A stretch of DNA of 32,000 nt from Telmatocola sphagniphila (GTDB lineage: Bacteria; Planctomycetota; Planctomycetia; Gemmatales; Gemmataceae), in NCBI RefSeq assembly GCF_018398935.1, contig NZ_CP074694.1, positions 4,950,001-4,982,000 of the forward strand, written 5' to 3'. Both the position numbers and the translations under genes were made by a program. The notes below the pieces were generated by a model. It was not told where the DNA came from. It saw only the letters and a list, made by a program, of their open reading frames with translations, and did not search any database. Positions within the stretch are counted from its first letter, which is position 1, and each line of letters begins with the position of its first letter. Positions 17,807-26,203 of this stretch are shown one piece after another.

Positions 17807-18835
17807 ATGAAACGACTCGCCTTGTGGCTTTTTTTGCTGTCCGGTCTGCTGGCCGGCTGCGATAAATCGGCCAATGCTCCGGTTGGAGTAAACTCGCAGG
17901 ATATGACGGGCATTCCCAAAGAAGCCCAACAGAAACTGGAAGCGCACGATGTTCCCGGCGCTTTACAAATCCTTGATGAAACACTCGTCAAGGAACCGAA
18001 TAACCTCCCGATTCTCCGTATGGCCCTGAGCCTCTCGCAAGATTATGCCTCGCAACAGTCGAAGTCGAATCCCGAGGTCGCGTATCCCCTGATGAAGAAG
18101 TCCGCGGGTTATCTCCGCTCGTTGAAAAAAGTCGACAAAACGAATATTCCGAAGTCGTTTGAAGGACAGGTTTTTTACAACGAAGCCTGTGCCTTCGCCC
18201 GGGAAAACAAGAAAGAAGAGGCTTTGGCGTCCTTAAACGATTGTCTCGCCTCAGGCTTCGAGGAAGTGGAACTTCTGGATACGGATGAAGACCTGAATTC
18301 GATTCGCGAGCTGCCCGAATTCAAAGCGATTGTGCCCAAGTTCAAAGAAAAATTGCTGGTTGTTGCCAAGGAAAGTGCCCGGGCGACAATCGACACCTCG
18401 AAGCCTTTTGACTTCGATTTCAATCTGAAGACGATTGAAGGTAAACCGGTCGCTCTGTCGGACTATGCCGGTAAAGTTTTGATCGTCGATTTCTGGGGAA
18501 CCTGGTGCCCGCCGTGCCGGATGGAGATTCCGCACTTTATCGAGTTGCACAAAAAATATCGGGACAAAGGTTTTGAGATCGTTGGCATCAATTACGAGAG
18601 TGGATCCGAAGCGGAAGTGAAGGCGACGATCAAAAATTTTGCGGATGCCGAAGGCATCACTTATCCCTGTGTGATTGGCGATAAAGCAACTACCGCTCGC
18701 GTACCGAATTTCCGGGCCTATCCCACGACGTTGTTCATCGACCGGGCCGGTAAGGTTCGCGCGATGCTGGTCGGGCTACACCCCCTGGCGGAACTGGAAG
18801 CTCTGGTGACCATTTTGTTGGATGAGAAGAAGTAA
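17807..18835 (+). CDS. Lipoprotein with a helical-repeat (TPR-like) N-domain and a TlpA/ResA-type thioredoxin domain
   Basis: Lipobox LLAGC at the end of the signal peptide. The C-terminal domain carries FWGTWCPPCRMEIPHF (WCxxC active site), and YPTTLFIDRAGKV is typical of TlpA-like thiol:disulfide oxidoreductases. Confidence 0.9.
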   Translation: MKRLALWLFLLSGLLAGCDKSANAPVGVNSQDMTGIPKEAQQKLEAHDVPGALQILDETLVKEPNNLPILRMALSLSQDYASQQSKSNPEVAYPLMKKSAGYLRSLKKVDKTNIPKSFEGQVFYNEACAFARENKKEEALASLNDCLASGFEEVELLDTDEDLNSIRELPEFKAIVPKFKEKLLVVAKESARATIDTSKPFDFDFNLKTIEGKPVALSDYAGKVLIVDFWGTWCPPCRMEIPHFIELHKKYRDKGFEIVGINYESGSEAEVKATIKNFADAEGITYPCVIGDKATTARVPNFRAYPTTLFIDRAGKVRAMLVGLHPLAELEALVTILLDEKK

Positions 18836-18851
18836 TAAAGAAATTGAAACA

Positions 18852-18899
18852 GGGTGACAAACAGTGAGCGGTTGCTTCTGTTGTGTCACCCTTTGTTTT
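18852..18899. terminator. Bidirectional terminator candidate between convergent genes
   Basis: GGGTGACAAACAG ... CTGTTGTGTCACCC forms an imperfect 13-bp stem with one bulge (18852-18891), followed by TTTGTTTT. It lies between the stops at 18835 (+) and 18906 (-). Confidence 0.5.
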
Positions 18900-18905
18900 C
18901 ACATC

Positions 18906-20186
18906 TTACTTCAACTTCACGGCGAACAGAAAATCGGGAGAGAAATCGCCGCCGTCGTCTCCTCCGGAATCATCACCGCCGCTGTCATCGCCACCGGAAT
19001 CGGTGCTCCCTCCGGAATCGCCGCCGGTATCCGAGCCGCCGCCCGTATCACCGCCCGTGTATCCCCCCGAGTCCGTTGCGCCCCCGCTGGTATCACCGCC
19101 GGTGTAAACTCCGCTATTGGAGTTGTCTCCACCGCTGCCGTTGTCGTTCCCTCCGACGTTACCCGTGGGAGGATCGGGATAATTGGTACCGGAGCCCGAA
19201 GGGGTTTGGGTGATCAATTGACCCGTTTTGCCATCGAACACCTGAATGTCCTGAAGGCTACCGCCATGCGTCGTCACGATGATATCTCGAATGCCACTGC
19301 CGATGGCATCAGCCACCCGAACATCGACGCCATCGGTGTACGCCGGGTTATAAGCAAGGAAGCTATCGATTACGGAGAAGTCTGTTCCGCTAAAAGCTTT
19401 CACGGCTCCGCCCGGGGCTCCCGCTCCCGAGCTGACCACGATATCGGCCACGCCGCTGCCGGTGATGTCACCCCCCGCGACGGAAATTTCTCCATCGAAG
19501 CCGGGGAAGGCAAAAAAGCCGGAATTGTACATCGAGCCATCGGCATTGAACAGCGCCACACGCCCGTTAATATTCGGCCCGCCGGCTCCCACGATTATCT
19601 GGTCGGCACTGCCGCCGTTGAAGTCCGCGCCGCTCACCGAGATCGGTCCCAGGAAGCCGGGGAAAGCCAGGAAGCTCGACACTACGGAACCATCCTTACC
19701 ACTGAAAGCCATGATGTGTGCGTTGTAATCCGCGGCAACCAGTATGTCTTGATACCCATCGCCATTCACATCAGCCGCCCCGACATTCACACCCCCCAGA
19801 AAACCGGGGAAGGCAAAGAAGTTATCGATCAGATTGCCGGTGACCCCGTCAAACACCTTGACGTGCCCACCCGCTCCCTGGGCCGCAACGATCAAATCCG
19901 AAATGCCATCTCCGTTGACATCTCCGGCCGCCACCGAAAGGGCTCCTTTGTAGCCCGGGAAGGGGGTAATCGAAGCGAAAGCGGGGTAGGAAGTTGCCGG
20001 ATCGTAGAGATTCACCGTCGAATCGGTGTATCCGTTGTAGGAAGCGATCGCGACCAATTTGTCGGTTAAGGCTGCGGGGACAATTCGGGATTCCATGTTT
20101 TCCAGGGTTAACTGAGCCCGAAAGGCGGCCTTGTAGGAAGGCGTTGGATTGGGATCGCGCAACGAGTTTCTAAGCCATGTAAACAT
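18906..20186 (-). CDS. FG-GAP / VCBS repeat protein with an acidic Gly/Asp/Ser-rich C-terminal tail
   Basis: At least five FG-GAP-like units are present (GDVNGDGISDLIVAA, ADVNGDGYQDILVAAD, GADFNGGSADQIIVGAG, GDITGSGVADIVVSSG, ADAIGSGIRDIIVTTH), each followed by a V/A-F-x-G/A-x-x-G/D stretch. The tail reads GGDTSGGATDSGG...DDSGGDDSGGDDGGDF. The 401-aa plus-strand ORF (18864-20069) has no motifs and is a shadow. Confidence 0.85.
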   Translation of the reverse strand: MFTWLRNSLRDPNPTPSYKAAFRAQLTLENMESRIVPAALTDKLVAIASYNGYTDSTVNLYDPATSYPAFASITPFPGYKGALSVAAGDVNGDGISDLIVAAQGAGGHVKVFDGVTGNLIDNFFAFPGFLGGVNVGAADVNGDGYQDILVAADYNAHIMAFSGKDGSVVSSFLAFPGFLGPISVSGADFNGGSADQIIVGAGGPNINGRVALFNADGSMYNSGFFAFPGFDGEISVAGGDITGSGVADIVVSSGAGAPGGAVKAFSGTDFSVIDSFLAYNPAYTDGVDVRVADAIGSGIRDIIVTTHGGSLQDIQVFDGKTGQLITQTPSGSGTNYPDPPTGNVGGNDNGSGGDNSNSGVYTGGDTSGGATDSGGYTGGDTGGGSDTGGDSGGSTDSGGDDSGGDDSGGDDGGDFSPDFLFAVKLK

Positions 20187-20504
20187 GACGGTAACCTCCA
20201 GATGTATGTCTTGTTTTGAAATCGAGGCGGGAGAGTGGTCAGGTGGGAGTTGCTCGTGCGAGCAAGCTGCTTGATCAGGGTCCCAGCAGTTTTTTTAAAT
20301 CACAAAAGGGAAATGCATTTATTTCAAAAACTTGCACGGACGATGCTGGACGTGATGGAAATTTTATCTTTGGAGGGGGGTAAAGTCCTTGGAATGTCTG
20401 GAAATTAGTAGTGATTCTCGGCGATCTCCATCTCCGCTACTAACCCCCAGAATCCGTTCCAGCCATCTCATAGGGCCACTGCCTGGACTAACGTTCTGTG
20501 GTAT

Positions 20505-21392
20505 CTAGCCAGCTGGTCCTTCCGGCAGAGGGAAAGTGAATGGCACGATTCGTTGTGCCTCCCAAAAACTGACAACGGCTACCAGCGTCGATTCCGCTTC
20601 GGCAAAGGCAATGTCCTTGGGAATAGTCGCTTCCTCATACGTTTTTCTTGTAACTTCGAACTGCTCCTGAAAGGTCGTCAGCCCCTGGCAGTCGATGTAG
20701 CGGGAGCGGCAGGCGATGCGGAATTCTTCTCCCGCAAGCTTCCAAAAATCAACCTGTTCCAGCCCGTGGACTCGGCGGATACGACTGAGGTCGTAAAGAT
20801 CTTTTGCCCGCACCGCCTCGCCCGGCTTTTTCACCTTGGACCGATAAGCCGGCAAGGAGCTGAGAAAGGCCCGTAATTTCTCACCCGCTATCCGCTCCAA
20901 TGTGTAAGCAAACACGAAATGCCCACCCACCTCGACAGGCGAAACAGAGCTATCGAGCATCTGTTCCGGAGCGGCCACATCGATTTCAAGAGCGGGGAGT
21001 CCTCTTATGGATCGCGCAAGGTCGTTGACATTTAATTTTACCTTGAACGCATCCCACCCGATGGGATGGCTGTTTGATGGATAGGTCCGGACGGTAAGCT
21101 CAGTTAGCTCAAATCGCACCGGCGCCTGCCGTTCAAAATGACGCCGGACCGCCGTTGCTATCTCCTCTTCTAAAAATCTTTGTTGCGCATCGCGACACGG
21201 ATAATTTTGAACGAAGGACGCGGTGAGGTTGGTGTCCAAGTCGAGAGACTGACGGCCAAATCCCAGGCGAACGTTGAGCACTCGGGCTCCCTTGAACACC
21301 AGCACTTCATCGAGTTGTTTCGAGGCCGCCAGCGCGACAAAAATTTCGTCCAGCACCTGGGACTTCCAGTGCGCGCTGTCTTTCCGGTTCAT
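20505..21392 (-). CDS. Nucleotidyltransferase AbiEii/AbiGii-family toxin (type IV TA / abortive infection)
   Basis: All four DUF1814/AbiEii-type motifs are recognisable: FKGARVL (motif I), RQSLDLDTNL (II), ALEIDVAA (III) and IAGEKLRAF (IV). The start overlaps the upstream gene stop as ATGA. Confidence 0.8.
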   Translation of the reverse strand: MNRKDSAHWKSQVLDEIFVALAASKQLDEVLVFKGARVLNVRLGFGRQSLDLDTNLTASFVQNYPCRDAQQRFLEEEIATAVRRHFERQAPVRFELTELTVRTYPSNSHPIGWDAFKVKLNVNDLARSIRGLPALEIDVAAPEQMLDSSVSPVEVGGHFVFAYTLERIAGEKLRAFLSSLPAYRSKVKKPGEAVRAKDLYDLSRIRRVHGLEQVDFWKLAGEEFRIACRSRYIDCQGLTTFQEQFEVTRKTYEEATIPKDIAFAEAESTLVAVVSFWEAQRIVPFTFPLPEGPAG

Positions 21393-22366
21393 GGGGTATT
21401 TACCAACCAGAGCACGTTCAGATTCTGGTAATCGACCCCAGGCAGCAAGGAGATGCAGGCGTGCGGACTCTGGCGATCAATCGCCAGCTGAGATGCGTCG
21501 AGGAATCGCCGAAACTCCGCACCTGGGGCGCCTCCAGCGAGTTCCAGCATAACGGCCAGGCGTCGTGCCGTGGCAGGATAGCTCATGATGCGGAGATAAT
21601 CCACGAGGCGTTCTTCATCGATGCGCCGCGAGGCAACGGCTTCCCGCCAGGCTTCAAACACCACTTCTGGACCGCCGCAGTGGAACGGCTTGTAGAGGGT
21701 ATCCAGCAGGGTTTGTTCCAGGGTAGTGATGCGAATCTGCGCGCGTGGCCCGTACGCCCTGGTCTGCACCCCGGGAACCAATCGGGAGGAACGGCGGGTG
21801 CTGTAGAACGAAGTTCCTTGAGCTTGAAAGAGGAGCTTTCCAAGCCCTCGTGGCGCTCGACTTTCGGAATTCATCAAGGATTCGGACGGCTCAGATATTT
21901 CTAACGGCAGACGTTTTTTATCGGAAGCGGGTGTTGGCAGTTGCAGTTCGGCAACGTGGTGATGTTCGACCAGCTGGGTCGTGAGCTCGTGAAACGCGAC
22001 CGCGCTGAAGTAACAGATCACTCCCGACGGTTTGGCCGCCATCAATAACTCGAGTGGATCCATTTCTGATTCGGAGCTTGCTCCGATTTCGAAGAGAAAA
22101 ACAGATTCGTTATCGACGGGGAGCAACGTGGCCAAGCGAAGCTGACAGATCCAGTCCAGCAGGGAAGCATGCGACAAATCGGACTTCACTTGTTCTGCAG
22201 CTAATTCTTCTCGGATCTGTCGGAACAACTTGTCGAGTGCGGGCTTCGTCCAATAGCGAACCGTGGGCCATTTTGACGACGGAGCAGCCAATTTTTGATT
22301 GAGGCGGGCCAGGAAGGCTTCGCGGTAAGCTTGCTCTTTTTCGAATCGGCCTACCTTGCGAGTCAT
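21389..22366 (-). CDS. AbiEi-family antitoxin-like protein (putative transcriptional autoregulator)
   Basis: Located immediately upstream of the AbiEii-like gene and coupled to it by a 4-nt overlap. The segments VICYFSAVAFHELTTQL and ITTLEQTLLDTLYKPFHCGGPEVVFEAWREAV...ATARRLAVMLELAG resemble the conserved AbiEi core and C-terminus. At 325 aa it is longer than the classic ~200 aa AbiEi. Confidence 0.6.
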   Translation of the reverse strand: MTRKVGRFEKEQAYREAFLARLNQKLAAPSSKWPTVRYWTKPALDKLFRQIREELAAEQVKSDLSHASLLDWICQLRLATLLPVDNESVFLFEIGASSESEMDPLELLMAAKPSGVICYFSAVAFHELTTQLVEHHHVAELQLPTPASDKKRLPLEISEPSESLMNSESRAPRGLGKLLFQAQGTSFYSTRRSSRLVPGVQTRAYGPRAQIRITTLEQTLLDTLYKPFHCGGPEVVFEAWREAVASRRIDEERLVDYLRIMSYPATARRLAVMLELAGGAPGAEFRRFLDASQLAIDRQSPHACISLLPGVDYQNLNVLWLVNTP

Positions 22367-22373
22367 GATTCAT

Positions 22374-22427
22374 CAGATATGTTTATGTTTATGCTTGCTT
22401 AAGCAAGCATAAACATAAACATATCTG
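22374..22427. promoter_or_regulatory. Perfect 54-bp palindrome (27-bp arms, no spacer), a candidate AbiEi operator
   Basis: CAGATATGTTTATGTTTATGCTTGCTT|AAGCAAGCATAAACATAAACATATCTG is centred on CTTAAG. It is AT-rich relative to its surroundings and each arm contains ATGTTT ATGTTT ATGCTT direct repeats. It ends 8 nt upstream of the AbiEi-like ATG at 22366. The sequence is certain; the function is inferred. Confidence 0.5.
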
Positions 22428-22546
22428 TAGTCAAGTGAAATTATTGAGTTTCGTAGGAAAACCACACACAATTGGTTTCAAAACCATCTCTCCGTCTCCG
22501 CCCTCGGTGCTCTCTGCGGTTAACTGAATTTGATATCTCACCCCAC

Positions 22547-22573
22547 AAAAAAACCCGGAGGTTCGCTCCGGGT
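22547..22573 (-). terminator. Rho-independent terminator of the Gfo/Idh/MocA gene
   Basis: ACCCGGAG (22553-22560) and CTCCGGGT (22566-22573) form a perfect 8-bp stem with a 5-nt loop. The A7 run at 22547-22553 on the plus strand is a U7 tract after the hairpin on the minus strand, 30 nt past the stop at 22603. Confidence 0.7.
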
Positions 22574-22602
22574 TCGCTTTGCTCTTTTAAATCGAAGTTC
22601 GA

Positions 22603-23922
22603 TCAAACAAACTTCGTCTTACCCGGGATGGCGACCGGCGGCGTTTCGATCTTCATATCCCAGCTCATGTCCTTCGGTTCGGGCATCAGCTGCTGCTTGC
22701 TGGCCAGAGCATCGGCCCAGGTGATGCGATGACCCGTGTAGGTCGACATCCGGCCCAGAATCGCCGTCATGGTGCTCTCGGCCACGTTCTGCAATTCATT
22801 CAGCGGTTTGTTTTCGCGAATGCTGCGAATCAAGTCCACGTGCTCCTGAACGTACGGGGAGATATCCTTGTCCTTGCCCACCGTCTTGCCGTTGATCTGG
22901 TAGCGGGCGCTATCCTGGAGATCCGCCCGACCCTTGGTGCCGATGACGGCTTCGCTGACGTTCTGATCGCAACCGGGGGCATGTCGGCAGAAGCTGAAGA
23001 CGCGAGCGCCATTCGGGTATTCATACTCGACGGCGAAGTGGTCGAAGATGTTACCGACATCCTTGGGATCACCGACCCGGCGATGCGAACGGCCGCCCAT
23101 ACCGCTGGCGGCAATGGGGTGCGATTGCATCAACCAGTTGATCACGTCCAAATTGTGAACGTGCTGTTCGGTGATATGGTCGCCGCACAGCCAGGTGAAG
23201 TGGTACCAGTTGTTGATCTGGTAGGCCAGTTCGGTTTCATGCCCGGCTAGTTTGAGGAAGTCTTTGTCATTTCGGGCGTGGAACCAGGGTTCCGTGCCAT
23301 TCCAGTAGCACCGACCGCCCACCAGTTCGCCGATAGCGCCGTCGTGCACGGCCTTCACGGTATCGATGTAACCCTGCTGATGACGGCGTTGCGTACCGGC
23401 TACCACGGCCAGATTCTTCTTCTTCGCTTCATCCACTAATGAAAGCACTTTGCGGATACCGGGAGCATCCGTCGCCACCGGCTTTTCACAGAAAACGTGC
23501 TTGCCAGCTTTGATGGCTGCTTCGAGGTGATAGGGTCGGAAGCCGGGAGTGGTGGCCAGGATGACCAGATCCACGCCGCTGTCGATCACTTTCTGGTAAG
23601 CGTCCAGACCACCGAAAATACGATCTTCCGTTACTTCGGTACGACCGGAATACTTCTTCGAACCTTTCTTACGCTCAACCAACCCTGCTGCTTTTTCTTT
23701 GAACGCATCACCGACAGCCCAGAGTTTTACTCCTTTGTCGGCATCCATGCAGTTTTCTGCAGCCTGACTGCCACGACCGCCGCAGCCGATCAAGCCAACT
23801 TTGATGACATCGTCTTTGCCGCCAGCGTAAACGCCTCCAGCGGACAACATGGTCGCTGCGGTGGCCACCGAGCCGAGGGCCACGAAATCCCGTCGGGACG
23901 GGGTGTTGAAAGTGTCCGACAT
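22603..23922 (-). CDS. Gfo/Idh/MocA-family oxidoreductase with a twin-arginine (TAT) signal
   Basis: TAT motif SRRDFVALGSVATAATMLSAGGVYA. Rossmann N-domain IKVGLIGCGGRGSQAA and the EKP motif (FCEKPVA) characteristic of the family. Confidence 0.9.
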   Translation of the reverse strand: MSDTFNTPSRRDFVALGSVATAATMLSAGGVYAGGKDDVIKVGLIGCGGRGSQAAENCMDADKGVKLWAVGDAFKEKAAGLVERKKGSKKYSGRTEVTEDRIFGGLDAYQKVIDSGVDLVILATTPGFRPYHLEAAIKAGKHVFCEKPVATDAPGIRKVLSLVDEAKKKNLAVVAGTQRRHQQGYIDTVKAVHDGAIGELVGGRCYWNGTEPWFHARNDKDFLKLAGHETELAYQINNWYHFTWLCGDHITEQHVHNLDVINWLMQSHPIAASGMGGRSHRRVGDPKDVGNIFDHFAVEYEYPNGARVFSFCRHAPGCDQNVSEAVIGTKGRADLQDSARYQINGKTVGKDKDISPYVQEHVDLIRSIRENKPLNELQNVAESTMTAILGRMSTYTGHRITWADALASKQQLMPEPKDMSWDMKIETPPVAIPGKTKFV

Positions 23923-23979
23923 AAAAAGTCTCCAGAGAGGTAGGAAATTGATAACTTGCCGAATCAGCGATTCGGAAAA

Positions 23980-25017
23980 TTATTTATCATCGTCGTCTTC
24001 GTACTCGTCGTTGCTTTTCTTGGTCACCTTGGAAACCAGACCTTTTAGTTCCGGTTGTTCTACCACGGCACGGACCACGCGAAAGCCGACTTTGTCGAAT
24101 TTGGTCAACCACCAGATGCTGCGCGGCTCCTGCGGATCGTGCTTCATCCAGTCGGGTTTGGAATTTACTCGGGCCGCGCTGCGGAAGGCCGCGGGATCGC
24201 TTTCCTTCCAGTTGCCGCCACGCGTCACATGCGACCATTTATCGGCGGTCGGCACGATTACCGGGCAGGTGACGAACGGATTCTTCGCATAGCGTGCATA
24301 AGCTTTGGGATCGTATTGATCGAGCGTCCATTCCATGACGTTGCCGTACATGTCGTACAGACCCCAGGGATTGGGCTTCTTGGTGCCGACCTTGTGAGTG
24401 GTGCCGTCTTCATGTTCCGGCTCGGCGGAATTACCTTTCATCCAGGCATAGTCCCCCAGCTTCTTGGGGTCGTCACCGAAGAAGTAAGCGGTCGTGGTAC
24501 CAGCGCGGCAGGCGTATTCCCATTCCGCTTCAGTCGGCAATCGGTAAGTGTGACCGGTCTTGGCCGACAGCCAGCGGCAATATTCCATGGCACAGTGATG
24601 AGTCATGCAAATGGCGGGCTTCTGGCCGTAGCCATGGCCATAATCGGAAGGAACGTAGGGCTTGGTGGGATAGGTGACGCCATCGACGCGGTCTTTATCG
24701 CCGGCCTCGGCTTCAATGGCCGTGTTCATGAAGGGTCGGAACTCGTCCCAAGTCACTTCGCATTTGCCCATCCAGTAAGGTTTCAGCTTCACCTTGTGCT
24801 GGGGGCCTTCATTTTTCTTACGACCCGGTTCCGATTCCGGGCTGCCCATCAGGAATTCCCCTTCGGGGATGGCCACCATATCGAAACTGACGTCCAAGCC
24901 TTTAATCTGGTCGGTATAGTCTTTATGAGGGGTGGTGGGTTTCGTCGTGGACTGCGCGCAGAGCGGATTACTGAAAGCCGATAAACCCAAAAAGGAAAGA
25001 AAGAACAAGAATCGCAT
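23980..25017 (-). CDS. Formylglycine-generating-enzyme family protein (SUMF1/DUF323 domain), secreted
   Basis: The ATG at 25015-25017 gives the signal peptide MRFLFFLSFLGLSAFSNPLCAQ. FGE-sulfatase domain motifs are present: IPEGEFLMGSP, WMGKCEVTWDEF, YCRWLSAKTGHTYRLPTEAEWEYACRAGT, GLYDMYGNVMEW and RGGNW. The protein ends in an acidic tail, NDEYEDDDDK. Confidence 0.9.
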   Translation of the reverse strand: MRFLFFLSFLGLSAFSNPLCAQSTTKPTTPHKDYTDQIKGLDVSFDMVAIPEGEFLMGSPESEPGRKKNEGPQHKVKLKPYWMGKCEVTWDEFRPFMNTAIEAEAGDKDRVDGVTYPTKPYVPSDYGHGYGQKPAICMTHHCAMEYCRWLSAKTGHTYRLPTEAEWEYACRAGTTTAYFFGDDPKKLGDYAWMKGNSAEPEHEDGTTHKVGTKKPNPWGLYDMYGNVMEWTLDQYDPKAYARYAKNPFVTCPVIVPTADKWSHVTRGGNWKESDPAAFRSAARVNSKPDWMKHDPQEPRSIWWLTKFDKVGFRVVRAVVEQPELKGLVSKVTKKSNDEYEDDDDK

Positions 25018-25168
25018 CGCTAAAGGATCTCGAAAAGAAGAGGTATTGTCAATCAATTTCCGCGCTGAGTCGGGCTCCTCAAAGACGGCGGATCGAGGCA
25101 GGTACTCTAGTTATAATACCGAAAAGGGTGCGCAAAAACGCATTATTGGCAAAAAATCGGATGCAAAA

Positions 25169-26200
25169 ATGCTGAACTTCAGACGATGCCCCTACCGCTG
25201 GTATTTCCTGCTGATCTTACTCGGCTTACCAGCCTCCGCACGGGGCCAAACCGCTCTGGAACGCTTCGAATTCCAGGAACCGCACATGGGGAGTCTGTTC
25301 CGGATCGTTTTGTATGCCCCGGATAAAGCCACGGCGGAGAAAGCCTCCCGCGCCGGGTTCGATCGGGTCGAGCAATTGAATCAGATCATGTCTGATTACA
25401 AGGCCGATAGCGAGTTGATGCTGCTGTGCAAAAAATTTGAAAAAGAAATCGGCGAACCGGTGAAAATCAGCGAGGAATTATTCACCGTTCTCTCGCAGGC
25501 CCAGAAGATTTCCGAACTTTCCGACGGCAGTTTCGATGTCACCGTCGGCGCCGTGGTGAAACTCTGGCGGATCTCTCGCAAAACCGAGAAACTCCCCGAT
25601 CCGAAAGCCCTGGCCGAGGCCCGCAAACGGGTCGGTTGGAAAAACATTCATCTCGATGCCACCAATAAGACCGCAAAATTTCTGGTGCCGGGCATGCTGC
25701 TCGATCTGGGGGGCATCGCCAAAGGGTATGCGGCCGATGAGGGGTTAGACGCCCTGAAAAAATTCGGCATTGATCGTGCCATGCTCGCGGCCAGCGGCGA
25801 TATCTCGGTCCGAGGAACGCCGCCCGATGCCCCCGGCTGGAAAATTCAGATCGGCAAATTGACCCGGAAGAGCGAAAATCGGGTTTTACTTCTCAAGGAT
25901 CAGTCTGTTAGCACCTCCGGCGATGCGGAACAGTACGTCGAAATCGACGGCGTTCGCTACTCGCACATCGTCGATCCGAAAACCGGCGTGGGACTCATCG
26001 GCCATCGCAGTGCCACGGTAGTGGCTCCCAAGGGAATTCTAGCCGATTCCTTGACCAAAATGGCGATCATTCAGCCGCCGGATAAGTCGCTGCCGATTCT
26101 GGAAAAACAGCCCGGTGTGGAAGTTTTCCTCGCCGTCCTGGAGAATGGTCAGGAGAAAAACTTCGCCTCCAAAGGTTTCGAAAAGCTTTTGCAGAAGTGA
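25169..26200 (+). CDS. apbE: FAD:protein FMN transferase (ApbE family), secreted
   Basis: The ATG at 25169 gives a signal peptide (MLNFRRCPYRWYFLLILLGLPASARGQ). ApbE motifs are present: FDVTVGAVVKLW, LDLGGIAKGYAADE, SGDISVRG, SVSTSGD and YSHIVDPKTG. The ORF upstream of 25169 is antisense to the FGE-like gene and is not used. Confidence 0.92.
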   Translation: MLNFRRCPYRWYFLLILLGLPASARGQTALERFEFQEPHMGSLFRIVLYAPDKATAEKASRAGFDRVEQLNQIMSDYKADSELMLLCKKFEKEIGEPVKISEELFTVLSQAQKISELSDGSFDVTVGAVVKLWRISRKTEKLPDPKALAEARKRVGWKNIHLDATNKTAKFLVPGMLLDLGGIAKGYAADEGLDALKKFGIDRAMLAASGDISVRGTPPDAPGWKIQIGKLTRKSENRVLLLKDQSVSTSGDAEQYVEIDGVRYSHIVDPKTGVGLIGHRSATVVAPKGILADSLTKMAIIQPPDKSLPILEKQPGVEVFLAVLENGQEKNFASKGFEKLLQK

Positions 26201-26203
26201 TGA

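Noticed and set aside
18864-20069. 401-aa plus-strand ORF almost fully overlapping the FG-GAP gene
   Set aside because: The minus-strand frame contains five clear FG-GAP units and a coherent domain layout. The plus-strand product is Arg/Ala/Gly/Ile-rich with no motifs, as expected for a shadow ORF antisense to a GC3-biased gene.
20187-20504. 318-bp gap checked for a tRNA, small RNA or terminator (palindrome AAATGCATTT; a CTGCT...AGCAG stem followed by T7 on the plus strand)
   Set aside because: No tRNA-like T-arm or anticodon architecture is present. The stem plus T7 is oriented for a plus-strand transcript, but no plus-strand gene precedes it. The stems are only 5-7 bp long. This is not enough to call a feature.
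23980-24006. C-terminal ...DEYEDDDDK resembling a FLAG/enterokinase tag (DYKDDDDK), which might indicate an engineered construct
   Set aside because: The residues differ from FLAG (EYEDDDDK versus DYKDDDDK). There is no linker, vector or cloning-site context, and acidic tails occur naturally. It is treated as coincidence.
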